The notes under the pieces are model-generated. The model made no database searches, was not told the DNA's origin, and was given only the letters and a program-made list of their open reading frames with translations. Shown here in pieces: positions 1 to 9,269 of a stretch of 28,497 nucleotides of DNA; within the stretch, counting starts at the first letter, position 1, and each line of letters begins with the position of its first letter. Source of the DNA: a virus (Duplodnaviria; Caudoviricetes); IMG/VR virus record IMGVR_UViG_3300005805_000019, positions 1 through 28,497 of that record; one strand, 5' to 3'. The position numbers and the translations under genes were made by a program.

Positions 1-99
1 AGCAACCATTGCTCAAACAGCGGTAACTCAAGGGTTGACCGCAGCAACGAGATTGTTATTTGCAACCTTTGCGGCAAACCCATTCGGTGCTATTTTAGC
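1..99. repeat. 99-bp terminal direct repeat, left copy (assembly circularisation overlap)
   Basis: nt 1-99 are identical to nt 28399-28497 (agcaaccattgctcaaac...ggtgctattttagc). The repeat lies inside a reading frame that continues across the junction. Confidence 0.97.
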
Positions 100-2224
100 C
101 GTCATTGGATTAGTCATCGGTGCTATTGTTACTTTGACTGATGAAACAAATAATGCTGAAGCTGCAGAAAAGAAATATCAAGCAACTTTACAGAAAACAA
201 AATCAGAAAGAGAGTTTCAGATCTCCCTTATTCAAGCACAAGGGGCAACTGAACTTGAGGTCGCTCAAACCCGAAGAGCAAACGCTGAACGTGATTTAAG
301 AGACGCAAGAGCTCGTCTATTGGTTTATAAAGAAACAGGTGCTAGTGAAAAACAGATTAACCAAGAACTCACAGTTATTGCTGAAAGTAAAAGGATCATC
401 GCTTTAGAAAACGCTCGTATTGACCGAATGGCTACTGAAGAGCAAATAGAGAATGCTGAGAAGTTGACAGAAGCTCAAAAGAAAGCTGCTGAGGAACGTA
501 AGGCACAACTCCTTGATGAACTTAAACTATTGGGGGATATTAGACGAGAAGAACTCCAAAGAACAACCCGTGGTTTAGAGGTTAATCTACCTGAATACAA
601 CTCAGATCTTAAAGAACAGAATGACTTATTAAAGTCATTGGCAAAGTCACAAGGTGAATATAACGACGTATTTGATGAGTATGCAAAACTATTCAGAAAA
701 GGTGGAGAGGTTGCTGCTGCAATAGAAACTAATAAGATGATTTATGAACTTCCAAAAGAAGCACAAAATATTATTAAGATTAATACCGAATTAATTAAAT
801 CATCTTTAGAACTTGCGGGTTACAATGCATCAGATGTAGAAAGTAAAATTCTTCAGGCTTTATTATTTACCCAATCTCAGTTTTTAAAAGGTGTTTCTGA
901 CGACACTGAATTTTATATACAAAACCAAGAAAAACTTCTAACTTTTGAACGTTACTTCATTAGCTCATTTGTAAATACAAATATTAAAGGTTTCCAAGGT
1001 TCAACCGAAGCGATAGCGGAACAAAGAAAAATATTAACAGATCAAGCACAAGTGGTTTTTGCTAACCTCATTGCTAGTGGTAATGAATTGGTAAAGGTTA
1101 GAGAATATTACAAAGATGCCGCTGGAGCCATAAGAAACCTTAGTGATGAAAATCTAAAACTTTCTCAATCTACGGAAGTTTTAAACGGATTCCTGAGAAA
1201 TACTGGTGATTTAATCACAAGATCATTTGACCTACCAGTATCTTTTGGGAACTCTGCTAAAAACGCATTACAGAAAATAACAGATGAAATATCCAAGGGG
1301 ACATTTGATGCTGCTCGTGAGTTCGGATCAGATATTGAACAACTTGAATACACCTTACTTCAAAATGGTATAGACATTAGAAACGCTTCGTATGAAGAAA
1401 AACTAATGTTACTTAAAAAGTTCCTTGAGAAAGAGGTCAAGGAAACCGAAGATGCTGAGTCTAAGAAACAAGATGCTCAACAAAAAACCATTGAAAAGTT
1501 TCAACAAAATGTTCAATCATTTCAATCAGCTCTCAATGCATTTGCTCAGAGTTTAGGTGACTTCTACGAACTTCAGTTTGCAAAAATAGAAAATAATTAC
1601 TCTAAACTACAATCAGAGATCAATGACTCAACAGAAGAGGGACAACAGAAAAGATTAGAACTTGAAAAACAATACACTGGTGAGGTTGAGGCACTACAGA
1701 AGAAACAAGCAAAAGCACAACTAAGAATAAGTTTAGCACAGACCTTAGCAAACACAGCTGAAGCTGCATCGAAGATCAATGCTCAACTCGGTGCGTTTGG
1801 TATCATTGCTCAAGGTATTGTAGTTGCTGCGGGTATTGCTCAGGCAGCGATTATCACCGCTCAGTTAAATCAGATTGACTCTTTTGCAAGAGGTGGTAGA
1901 TTACCAAAGATGGCTGGTGGAGGATACCTACAAGGTCCTAGTCACAATAATGGAGGAATTAAATACCAAGGTGGGGGAGTAGAACTTGAAGGTCGTGAAT
2001 CAGTTATCAACAGAATATCAACTGTTCAATACGCAGATCTCCTATCGAGTATTAACATGGCTGGTGGTGGTAAACCTATTGTGATGAATAACTTTGATGA
2101 TTCAAGGATTGTGGAAGCAATAGCAAGACAGAGAAAAGAACCAATCAGAGCATACGTAGTTGAAAGTGATATTACACAAAAACAAACAGTGACTAAACGA
2201 CTTGAACAGCTCAGTCAAATTTAA
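2..2224 (+). CDS. Tail tape measure protein, 3' part (true start at 27977, about 881 aa in total)
   Basis: Long Ala/Gln/Glu/Lys-rich helical protein. It has an ANPFGAILAVIGLVIGAI hydrophobic segment and a C-terminal FARGG...GPSHNNGGI...ELEGRESVIN...IRAYVVESDI signature typical of TMPs. In frame with the ORF starting at 27977. Confidence 0.88.
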   Translation, partial: ATIAQTAVTQGLTAATRLLFATFAANPFGAILAVIGLVIGAIVTLTDETNNAEAAEKKYQATLQKTKSEREFQISLIQAQGATELEVAQTRRANAERDLRDARARLLVYKETGASEKQINQELTVIAESKRIIALENARIDRMATEEQIENAEKLTEAQKKAAEERKAQLLDELKLLGDIRREELQRTTRGLEVNLPEYNSDLKEQNDLLKSLAKSQGEYNDVFDEYAKLFRKGGEVAAAIETNKMIYELPKEAQNIIKINTELIKSSLELAGYNASDVESKILQALLFTQSQFLKGVSDDTEFYIQNQEKLLTFERYFISSFVNTNIKGFQGSTEAIAEQRKILTDQAQVVFANLIASGNELVKVREYYKDAAGAIRNLSDENLKLSQSTEVLNGFLRNTGDLITRSFDLPVSFGNSAKNALQKITDEISKGTFDAAREFGSDIEQLEYTLLQNGIDIRNASYEEKLMLLKKFLEKEVKETEDAESKKQDAQQKTIEKFQQNVQSFQSALNAFAQSLGDFYELQFAKIENNYSKLQSEINDSTEEGQQKRLELEKQYTGEVEALQKKQAKAQLRISLAQTLANTAEAASKINAQLGAFGIIAQGIVVAAGIAQAAIITAQLNQIDSFARGGRLPKMAGGGYLQGPSHNNGGIKYQGGGVELEGRESVINRISTVQYADLLSSINMAGGGKPIVMNNFDDSRIVEAIARQRKEPIRAYVVESDITQKQTVTKRLEQLSQI

Positions 2225-2230
2225 AAAAGA

Positions 2231-2238
2231 TATTTATA
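2231..2238 (+). promoter_or_regulatory. TATTTATA motif, candidate promoter of the head operon
   Basis: Lies in the 18-nt gap just before ATG 2243. The same motif recurs before several other genes. Confidence 0.45.
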
Positions 2239-2242
2239 TACA

Positions 2243-4789
2243 ATGTTAAAAATTATCGAGTTATTGATAGATCCCCTAAGTGGTGATACTGGTGTATTTG
2301 AAGTGGGTTGGGTCGCTCAGCCAGCTATTGAACAAGAGTTAATGTTCTTTGGTCGTCAGAAGTTTTACAAAGCACCTGAGGAGGTTGCTGCTAAAGCGTG
2401 TAGAGCAATAAAGGAAAACGAAGAAAGAGGTAATCCAGCATCCACTCAGGTGGGAAAAGTTCGTGGTCAGCAATTGTGTTCAAGATCTGAAATTTCCTTA
2501 GAAACAATCAAAAGAATGAAGTCATACCTCGAGAGAGCAGAGACTTACTACACCGGTGACTATGATGACAATGGTACTATTGCTTATGACCTTTGGGGTG
2601 GAAAACCAGCCAAGGATTGGACTACAAGAATTCTATCAAAAATAGAAGAGGAAAAAATGCAAGATGAAGGTCTTGAAGATGCTTGTTGGGAAGGTTATGT
2701 TGCCATTGGAATGAAACCAGCAAATGATGGTTCAGGTAGAATGGTTCCAAACTGTGTTCCAAAAGATTCAGTTCAAGAGTTTGTTTATCCTGAAGGTGGG
2801 GAAAATGAGAATGAGTTCATCTCACGTTGTATGGGTTCTGCACAAATGATTGGTGAATTCCCTGATCAATCTCAACGTGCTGCGGTGTGTTATTCTTATT
2901 GGAGAAATAACAAATTTTCCTCAAATAGAGTTGGATTTGATTGGGAAGTATTAAAAACTGATGAAGGTATTAATTTATTTGAAAGAGAGTTAGCAAGAGG
3001 TTCCTTACCAGTTTTATTTCATTTGGGATTAGTTAGTCCTGAACTTATTGATTTTACACGTCGTTATAGGATCCCTGTCAGTGCGATTAATATGTACTCC
3101 AACAGGGGCGAGAAAGTCCAACTGATAAAAGATATGGGACTTCCTCGTCATTATGATTTGGATCGTCAAGTTAGAAATGAACTTAGAAATGTTGCCATTG
3201 AGTTTGACTACGTTGTAACAGCATTACCATCATACGAGAATGTAACTGGTGATACTGACAATATGTTAATCAAACCATTCCTATCGGATTGTGGGTGTAT
3301 GAAAGAGGAGTTTGCTCCATATCCTTGGGATGAGTGTATTGCTGATCAGTTAGAAAAAGGATACTCTCAAGAGGTTGCTGAGAAAATCTGTGGGAAAATT
3401 AAAGCAATGAACAACTCACAACAAGAGTTTGAACTCCTTGGATATGTGGATGGTTTACCCGTATTCTCAACAAAAGAAGAAGCTGAGGAGTGGGGAAGAC
3501 AAATGGGTTGTCAAGGATCTCACAAGCACATCGATGAGAACGGTAATGTAACCTATATGGGTTGTGAAATTCACCCTGAAGAAGACGAGTTCGACTTTAG
3601 TGATTATACCAATGAAGAACTCGAAGCTGTTAAACTTATGGGTGAACTCGCAAAGGTCGCACCTGAAAAGTTTGAAGCTGTTGTCCCATCACTTGTTCAA
3701 GGTGTAACCTCAATGGAGATCGTAGGTACAAACTATCAAACACCAACTAAATTCTACAGATACGTAAGAAAGAAGTTTGATACTGTAACTAACGAGAACA
3801 GAGACTTCTGTATGAGTATAGAAGGTTATTTCTTCCGTAGGTTTGCTATTGATGCTATGAGAAACTACAATGTGGAGTTTGGTCATAATCGTCAACCTTA
3901 TAGCAAATGGCTATGGGCTGGGGGTCCCAATTGTGTCCACGCTTGGGAGGAGTGGGAAGCTAAGGGTAGAGACTTCCGTCCAACCGGTAGAGACTTAGGA
4001 CAAGCCGGTATCCCACCAGCAAACAAACCAAATAATGGTTACTATTCAGCTGAGACCAAAAGAAAATCTCAGAAAGCATATTGGGCTCAAAGGAACGAGC
4101 AGATGAGCAAACAGGACTTTGAACTCATTGGTGATTTGGAACCTATCGGATGGGATGATGAATACCCCATTTACGATGATATGGTGATGGCTCAAGACGC
4201 ATCTTACAAGATGGGATGTGGTGGTACATACGAGGAGATAATGTACAAGGAGAAGAGAAGTTTTAGAGCCTGTAATACCAAAGCAGTTAAAACAGAAATG
4301 AGGAAGCAGTTATTTGCTTCTGATGAAGAAAAACGAATGATCTACACTCCACTTATGATCCCTAATATTCTTATCCCAAGAATGTCTGAGGATGGGGAAA
4401 GATACTTCGTCAAATTCACACCAGATACAATCCGTCAAATCCAACAGAAGTTTATGATGGAACAAAGACTACGTGATAACAACTACGAACACTCCGATCA
4501 GAAGTGGAGAGACATTGTTATGGTTGAGTCTTGGATTGTAGATGGGGAAAGTGATAAAGCCTATTCCTTAGGTTTTAGTAAGGAAGACATCCCAACGGGT
4601 ACTTGGATGGGTGGATATAAAGTTCTCGACACCAAAGAAGGTGATATGATATGGAACAAATATATCAAACCAGGAGTAGTTCGTGGGGCAAGCGTCGAAG
4701 GGAATTTCATACTAAATTTTTCAGAGCAAACAAGCGATGACTATTTATTGAAAACCATAATAAATATTCTAAAAAGTATAACTAAATGA
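2243..4789 (+). CDS. Prohead protease (XkdF-like serine peptidase domain at the C-terminus) with a ~650-aa modular insertion
   Basis: C-terminal DEEKRMIYTPLMIP...NNYEHS...MVESWIV...GTWMGGYKV...GASVEGNF resembles XkdF/Peptidase_S78_2-type phage proteases. It sits immediately upstream of the scaffold and capsid genes. Confidence 0.75.
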   Translation: MLKIIELLIDPLSGDTGVFEVGWVAQPAIEQELMFFGRQKFYKAPEEVAAKACRAIKENEERGNPASTQVGKVRGQQLCSRSEISLETIKRMKSYLERAETYYTGDYDDNGTIAYDLWGGKPAKDWTTRILSKIEEEKMQDEGLEDACWEGYVAIGMKPANDGSGRMVPNCVPKDSVQEFVYPEGGENENEFISRCMGSAQMIGEFPDQSQRAAVCYSYWRNNKFSSNRVGFDWEVLKTDEGINLFERELARGSLPVLFHLGLVSPELIDFTRRYRIPVSAINMYSNRGEKVQLIKDMGLPRHYDLDRQVRNELRNVAIEFDYVVTALPSYENVTGDTDNMLIKPFLSDCGCMKEEFAPYPWDECIADQLEKGYSQEVAEKICGKIKAMNNSQQEFELLGYVDGLPVFSTKEEAEEWGRQMGCQGSHKHIDENGNVTYMGCEIHPEEDEFDFSDYTNEELEAVKLMGELAKVAPEKFEAVVPSLVQGVTSMEIVGTNYQTPTKFYRYVRKKFDTVTNENRDFCMSIEGYFFRRFAIDAMRNYNVEFGHNRQPYSKWLWAGGPNCVHAWEEWEAKGRDFRPTGRDLGQAGIPPANKPNNGYYSAETKRKSQKAYWAQRNEQMSKQDFELIGDLEPIGWDDEYPIYDDMVMAQDASYKMGCGGTYEEIMYKEKRSFRACNTKAVKTEMRKQLFASDEEKRMIYTPLMIPNILIPRMSEDGERYFVKFTPDTIRQIQQKFMMEQRLRDNNYEHSDQKWRDIVMVESWIVDGESDKAYSLGFSKEDIPTGTWMGGYKVLDTKEGDMIWNKYIKPGVVRGASVEGNFILNFSEQTSDDYLLKTIINILKSITK

Positions 4790-5553
4790 ATACCACAGAA
4801 GCGTTGAGTAAAATCGCTGAGTTGTTAGGAATGAAGTTCAAGTCAGAGAAGTTTTTTCAAACCAAACTTGTTGACGGGGAAACAGTTATCACAAATAATC
4901 ATGAAGGTCCTTTCACAGTTGGGGAACCTCTTTTTGTTGTTGGAGAAGGATCTATCCTTTTACCAGCACCAGCAGGAGAGCACACCACAAGAGAAGGTCT
5001 TGTATTGGAAGTTAGTGAGGACGGTGTAATCCGTGAGATAAGTGAGGCATCAAGAGAAGAAGAATCTCGTGTGGAGGAAGCAGAGACAGAAATTGAGGTT
5101 GACACCGAAGTTATGTCAAAAGCTAAACTCGCAGACGGAACTGAAATCGAAACAGATTCAGAAGGCGAATTTGCTGTTGGTCAGAAACTATTTGTTATTA
5201 CAGAAGCTGGAGAGAAAGTTGGAGCACCTGAGGGTATGCACACAACTGAATCTGGTATTGTTCTAACTGTAGATACTGAGTCAATGATCACAGGTGTAAA
5301 GTATCCCGATACAGAGGGAGAAGGATCACTGGGTGATTACAAAAAAAATATGGAGGACATGAAAAAGGCAATGACAGAAATGATGTCAGTAATGTCTACG
5401 TTCTCCAAGGACCTTGAGTCCTATAAAAAAGATTATGAGGAGTTCAAGAAGCAACCAAACTTCACTGAACCAGTCGTTAAAAAATCATTCGGTAAGGTAA
5501 ATCTTATCGATGCAAAATACGAGTTCCTCAAACAAAATTCATTAAATAAATAA
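4786..5553 (+). CDS. Capsid scaffolding-like protein with a two-copy internal repeat
   Basis: Very acidic, located between protease and capsid. Repeats KLVDGE...FTVGEPLFV...PAPAGEHTTREG and KLADGT...FAVGQKLFV...GAPEGMHTTESG, then a C-terminal coiled coil. Confidence 0.65.
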   Translation: MNTTEALSKIAELLGMKFKSEKFFQTKLVDGETVITNNHEGPFTVGEPLFVVGEGSILLPAPAGEHTTREGLVLEVSEDGVIREISEASREEESRVEEAETEIEVDTEVMSKAKLADGTEIETDSEGEFAVGQKLFVITEAGEKVGAPEGMHTTESGIVLTVDTESMITGVKYPDTEGEGSLGDYKKNMEDMKKAMTEMMSVMSTFSKDLESYKKDYEEFKKQPNFTEPVVKKSFGKVNLIDAKYEFLKQNSLNK

Positions 5554-5573
5554 AATAAAAACATTTTAACAAA

Positions 5574-6548
5574 ATGAGTAATAAACTAACAAAAATCGAA
5601 AAGGGTTCACCAAAGTCTTTCAAGTTCAACTATGACTTGTCTGCCCTTCCTGACTACGAGAACTACGGTTCAGAGATGTTAATTAAGGCATTCCTTGGAT
5701 TAACCTTGACTAAGTACTCTTCAATCAGACCAAATTTACGCGGAACTACTGAATTAGTAGGTTTCACCGAGACTGATGTCATCTTACAAGACCTTAGTTG
5801 CGGATTTGATCCGACAGGTTCAACTGTACAAAATGTAGTTGAAGTAAAACTATGTAATAAAAAAGCAAACGTTCAGTTCTGTCCTTATGACCTTTACAAC
5901 ACTTATTTGAGTGAGTACTTGTCTAATGGTAACTTCCAAGAGGAAATTCCTTTTGCTGAGGCTATCCTACAAGACGTTTCTAACAGAACGGCTAACCAAA
6001 TCGAGCTTCAACTTTGGAGAAACTCAACCGCAACTGGTGCTACTCAATACGATAATCAGTGTTTCAACGGTCTTATCAAGTTGATCACAACTGGTAATGG
6101 TGCAACTTCAGTTGCTTACACCGCGGCTACTGCTACTAACGGTCTTGATGTTTTCACATCTTACTACGAAGCGATCCCTGAGAACGTTCTTCACAGAGAC
6201 GACCTCGTTATCTACTGTGGTTACGCTGACTACCGTGCTCTTGTAAGCTCAATGAGAAACAACTCATTCATTAACTTGTTTGACTTCAACTCAGCTGACT
6301 CAGCTCAAGGTATGGATTGGGGAGTTATGCTACCCGCCACGAACGTGCGCGTAATTCCATCTCAAGGTCTAAGTGGCCAATCTAAAGTATACGCAGGTCC
6401 TGCTCAATACATCATGGTTGGTATGAACGACGAGATGATGACAACTAAATTGATGTACGATCCCTTCTCTGATATTGTGAAGCTGAATTTGCACTCGACG
6501 TACGGTTGCGGCGTGTTCGATCCATCAGCTTTCGTTGTAGCACAATAA
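5574..6548 (+). CDS. Major capsid protein
   Basis: 324 aa, directly after the scaffold, with codon usage suggestive of high expression (ttc/aac/tac/gct). Motifs FCPYDLYNTY, EIPFAEAIL...ANQIELQLW and FNGLIK resemble capsids of Bacteroidota siphophages. Confidence 0.8.
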   Translation: MSNKLTKIEKGSPKSFKFNYDLSALPDYENYGSEMLIKAFLGLTLTKYSSIRPNLRGTTELVGFTETDVILQDLSCGFDPTGSTVQNVVEVKLCNKKANVQFCPYDLYNTYLSEYLSNGNFQEEIPFAEAILQDVSNRTANQIELQLWRNSTATGATQYDNQCFNGLIKLITTGNGATSVAYTAATATNGLDVFTSYYEAIPENVLHRDDLVIYCGYADYRALVSSMRNNSFINLFDFNSADSAQGMDWGVMLPATNVRVIPSQGLSGQSKVYAGPAQYIMVGMNDEMMTTKLMYDPFSDIVKLNLHSTYGCGVFDPSAFVVAQ

Positions 6549-6580
6549 TAAACCACAAACATTAAAAAAACTTATAAATT

Positions 6581-7123
6581 ATGTCATGTTATATTAGCAG
6601 CGGCTATACCTTAGATTGTAGAAATGCTTCTACGGGTGGAGTCAAAACTCTATGGCTATTGGGTGGTTCAGGTTCAGTTATTACTGGTTTTACTGAAGAC
6701 GTTCAAGAGCGTGTGGTTAGTGCAAGCGGAACAGGGACGATGTACAAGTTCGAGCTCACAAAGCAAGGAACAAGTCTAACCGAAAATATTGCGGTTAACA
6801 CTACTTCTCAGTCTATTGTATTCGAACCTACCCTTGTAGTAAACTTACCTAAACTCGATTGGGAGTTAAGAAAACTCTTCCAAGAACTTGTGTCACAGAA
6901 CTCAGTAGTGGGAATGGTGCAGGATAACAACGGACGTTACTTCACATTTGCGTGGAGAAACGGAGCGTTGGCTACCTCAGGTGGTATTCAAACTGGTCTT
7001 GCTTACGCTGACCTCAATGGTATGAATGCTCTAACATTCGTTGGAGGAGAACCAAACGCAACACAGGAAATACTTGTTACCACAACGCTTCAAGCAGTGT
7101 TCTCAGGTATTACTGTTCAATAA
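6581..7123 (+). CDS. Major tail tube protein (probable)
   Basis: 180 aa, Ser/Thr/Gly-rich. MSCYISSGYTLDCRNASTGGVK start, VQDNNGRYF and TGLAYADLNG...LTFVGGEP motifs. Follows the capsid gene and precedes a strong terminator. Confidence 0.68.
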   Translation: MSCYISSGYTLDCRNASTGGVKTLWLLGGSGSVITGFTEDVQERVVSASGTGTMYKFELTKQGTSLTENIAVNTTSQSIVFEPTLVVNLPKLDWELRKLFQELVSQNSVVGMVQDNNGRYFTFAWRNGALATSGGIQTGLAYADLNGMNALTFVGGEPNATQEILVTTTLQAVFSGITVQ

Positions 7124-7150
7124 TAAAAACGATAACCTATCGTTAAATCG

Positions 7151-7176
7151 GGGGGAGGATTTCCTCCCCCTTTTTT
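7151..7176 (+). terminator. Rho-independent terminator after the capsid/tail tube genes
   Basis: gggggagg-attt-cctccccc stem-loop followed by tttttt. Confidence 0.9.
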
Positions 7177-7196
7177 AAAGCCAAGAATAATAGAAA

Positions 7197-8195
7197 ATGA
7201 GGTGGAACGGAAAGAATATTAGACCTATAGCACCGTCCTTTAGGGTTTACTTAAATAATGATAGACCAGCTGAGAATAGTTTCAAAAGGAGACCTATTCC
7301 TGTATGGCAAACTGTGATGAGTGTTCAACCACAAAGTTCTGCGGTTCCTTCGCCAAGTCCAACACCAACGCCAGCACCAGTCAACTGTGAATGGTCTGCA
7401 ATCACGGCTCAATGGAACTATAACACCAATGAATGGGATGAATGTTTACCTGTTCCACAAATCACTCCAACGCAGACCCCAACGATTAGTTTAACTCCAT
7501 CTATTTCATCAACACCACAGGTGACTCCAACAACAACAATAACTCCTAGTCCATCTCAACCTGGAACTGGTGGTTATATCGATTATTTTGATGCAGCATT
7601 TTATGATGGTGATGGTTATTGGGATTCATTGACAACAAATAAATCATTTAAGTTAATCAATTCACCTACTTATATCTCGGATTTCTCTGGTATGATTAGT
7701 TTTGATGGGGTTAATGATTATGCAGTTTCGGACGCTCAAATAATCCCTAATACTTCAGCCTGGTCAATCGAGTTTTGGTATAGATTCAATAGTGCCTCGT
7801 GTTCTTATTCACAAAATAGAATGTTTAATGATGGTAAACTTGGTTCATCAAATACCAATAATTTTACAGACGATAGAGACTGTTTTGGAAGTGCAAGGTG
7901 GCAATTTGATGGTATTGCAGATGCACCAGGCATTAACTATGGTGTTGCTGTTCCAGCTCAAGTTGTTTATACTTACTCTGGTGGAACGGTTGAGGTATTT
8001 TTAAATGGAGTTAATCAATATTCTAACACTGGATATGCTTATACTTGGAGTGCAAACAGGTTAAGTATGCTCACTACCAATGATGTAAATAAATCAGCAG
8101 TGGATTTTTCTATTATTAAAACTTATGGGTTTAAACTCACTTCAACTGAAGTTTTAAATAACTTCAATCAACTAAAAGCAAGATTTGGATTATGA
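7197..8195 (+). CDS. Virion adhesin with Pro/Thr linkers and a C-terminal LamG/concanavalin A-like lectin domain
   Basis: FDGVNDY...WSIEFWY...QVVYTYSGGTVEVFLNGV...LTSTEVLNNFNQLKARFGL is a typical phage LamG-like domain. PSPSPTPTP linkers precede it. Confidence 0.78.
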   Translation: MRWNGKNIRPIAPSFRVYLNNDRPAENSFKRRPIPVWQTVMSVQPQSSAVPSPSPTPTPAPVNCEWSAITAQWNYNTNEWDECLPVPQITPTQTPTISLTPSISSTPQVTPTTTITPSPSQPGTGGYIDYFDAAFYDGDGYWDSLTTNKSFKLINSPTYISDFSGMISFDGVNDYAVSDAQIIPNTSAWSIEFWYRFNSASCSYSQNRMFNDGKLGSSNTNNFTDDRDCFGSARWQFDGIADAPGINYGVAVPAQVVYTYSGGTVEVFLNGVNQYSNTGYAYTWSANRLSMLTTNDVNKSAVDFSIIKTYGFKLTSTEVLNNFNQLKARFGL

Positions 8196-8452
8196 AATAT
8201 GTAATATTTTTATACAATGAAGTTGGTAAAATAAACTTCAATGAAGTATTAGATGATGCTCCTGATACATTGAGAATAAGCCTAGAAGGTAAATCTATAA
8301 TCAAGTATACAGGAGAAATGCCAGAGAGTGTTAAATCTTTAAAATGGAAAAGTCTAGAATATTCCAAGCAAGAGATACTTAATATTATCTATACTGAATC
8401 CGAATGGATAGTTCCATTGGAAAACATAAACAAACAAACAACAACAAACTAA
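8192..8452 (+). CDS. Small conserved phage protein, possibly a fibre-associated chaperone
   Basis: ATGA overlap with the LamG gene. INFNEVL...TLRISLEG..IIKY.GEMP...EILNII...EW pattern recalled from small genes next to phage LamG genes. Confidence 0.55.
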   Translation: MKYVIFLYNEVGKINFNEVLDDAPDTLRISLEGKSIIKYTGEMPESVKSLKWKSLEYSKQEILNIIYTESEWIVPLENINKQTTTN

Positions 8453-8458
8453 GACAAT

Positions 8459-9259
8459 ATGTCTAATTTATCAAACCTTCAAATCAATCAATCTTTCCAG
8501 GGGTTATTGAAACTTGCTGATAGCACTACAGGTATTACTCAATCTCTACAATCAGTTCAAGATGGGTTGGGTAATAACACTGGAATCAAACTTGCACAAG
8601 ATTTTCTTGCTGCTCCGTCTTTAATATCTTTTAAACCATTGGGTAAAGCAACTGGTGGTCCTGGTATTGCCACTGGTGCAGGAACGGCGAATATTGCTAG
8701 TTCTCAAGATAAAATCTTTGCTGCTTATTTTCTTGATGATGGTCTTAGTTCTTATTCAGGTATTACGTTTCGCGTAGGTACGGTGACTAGTACTGCAGAC
8801 CAAATGAACTTTGCTTTTTACTCTGTTGCTCAAACAAATCAATATGGATTGGCTCCTGAGAATCTCATAATGTCAGGTATTACATTAAATGCTGCAGATT
8901 TAGCTGCAACAGGATTGGTCACAAAATCACTACCATCAACATTAACATTTGGTGAACCTAGTGTTTATGCTCTACTATGGTATACAACAAATGCTGGTAA
9001 CGTGACACCAACAGCAAGAATCACTGCTGGTGCTGACCCAAACGGTCTGACTACTTTACTTGGTAATATGTATGGTTATGTGGTTTCTGTTGATGGAACA
9101 GCTGCACAGTCTGTGATGTATGGACCGAATAGTGAATCTACTTCAGTTTATTATTCTACAACAAATGCACCATTTTTAGTTTCTTATACACCAGCTACCA
9201 TTGCAGCAACTGCGAGCTCATCAATCTTTGCTTCAGGAGGATTTCTTTTAAGAAAATAA
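8459..9259 (+). CDS. Tail fibre/spike-like structural protein
   Basis: N-terminus MSNLSNLQINQSFQGLLKL...QDGLGNNTGIKL resembles fibre attachment segments. The rest is Ala/Thr/Gly/Ser-rich beta-type sequence. Confidence 0.55.
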   Translation: MSNLSNLQINQSFQGLLKLADSTTGITQSLQSVQDGLGNNTGIKLAQDFLAAPSLISFKPLGKATGGPGIATGAGTANIASSQDKIFAAYFLDDGLSSYSGITFRVGTVTSTADQMNFAFYSVAQTNQYGLAPENLIMSGITLNAADLAATGLVTKSLPSTLTFGEPSVYALLWYTTNAGNVTPTARITAGADPNGLTTLLGNMYGYVVSVDGTAAQSVMYGPNSESTSVYYSTTNAPFLVSYTPATIAATASSSIFASGGFLLRK

Positions 9260-9269
9260 GTTTTAGGTG

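Noticed and set aside
35-37. TTG at 35 as the TMP start
   Set aside because: The frame is open upstream through the junction to ATG 27977.
1-99. Terminal repeat as a biological direct terminal repeat or att site
   Set aside because: It is exactly 99 bp (a common assembler k-mer) and lies in the middle of the TMP ORF, so it is best explained as assembly overlap of a circular or permuted genome.
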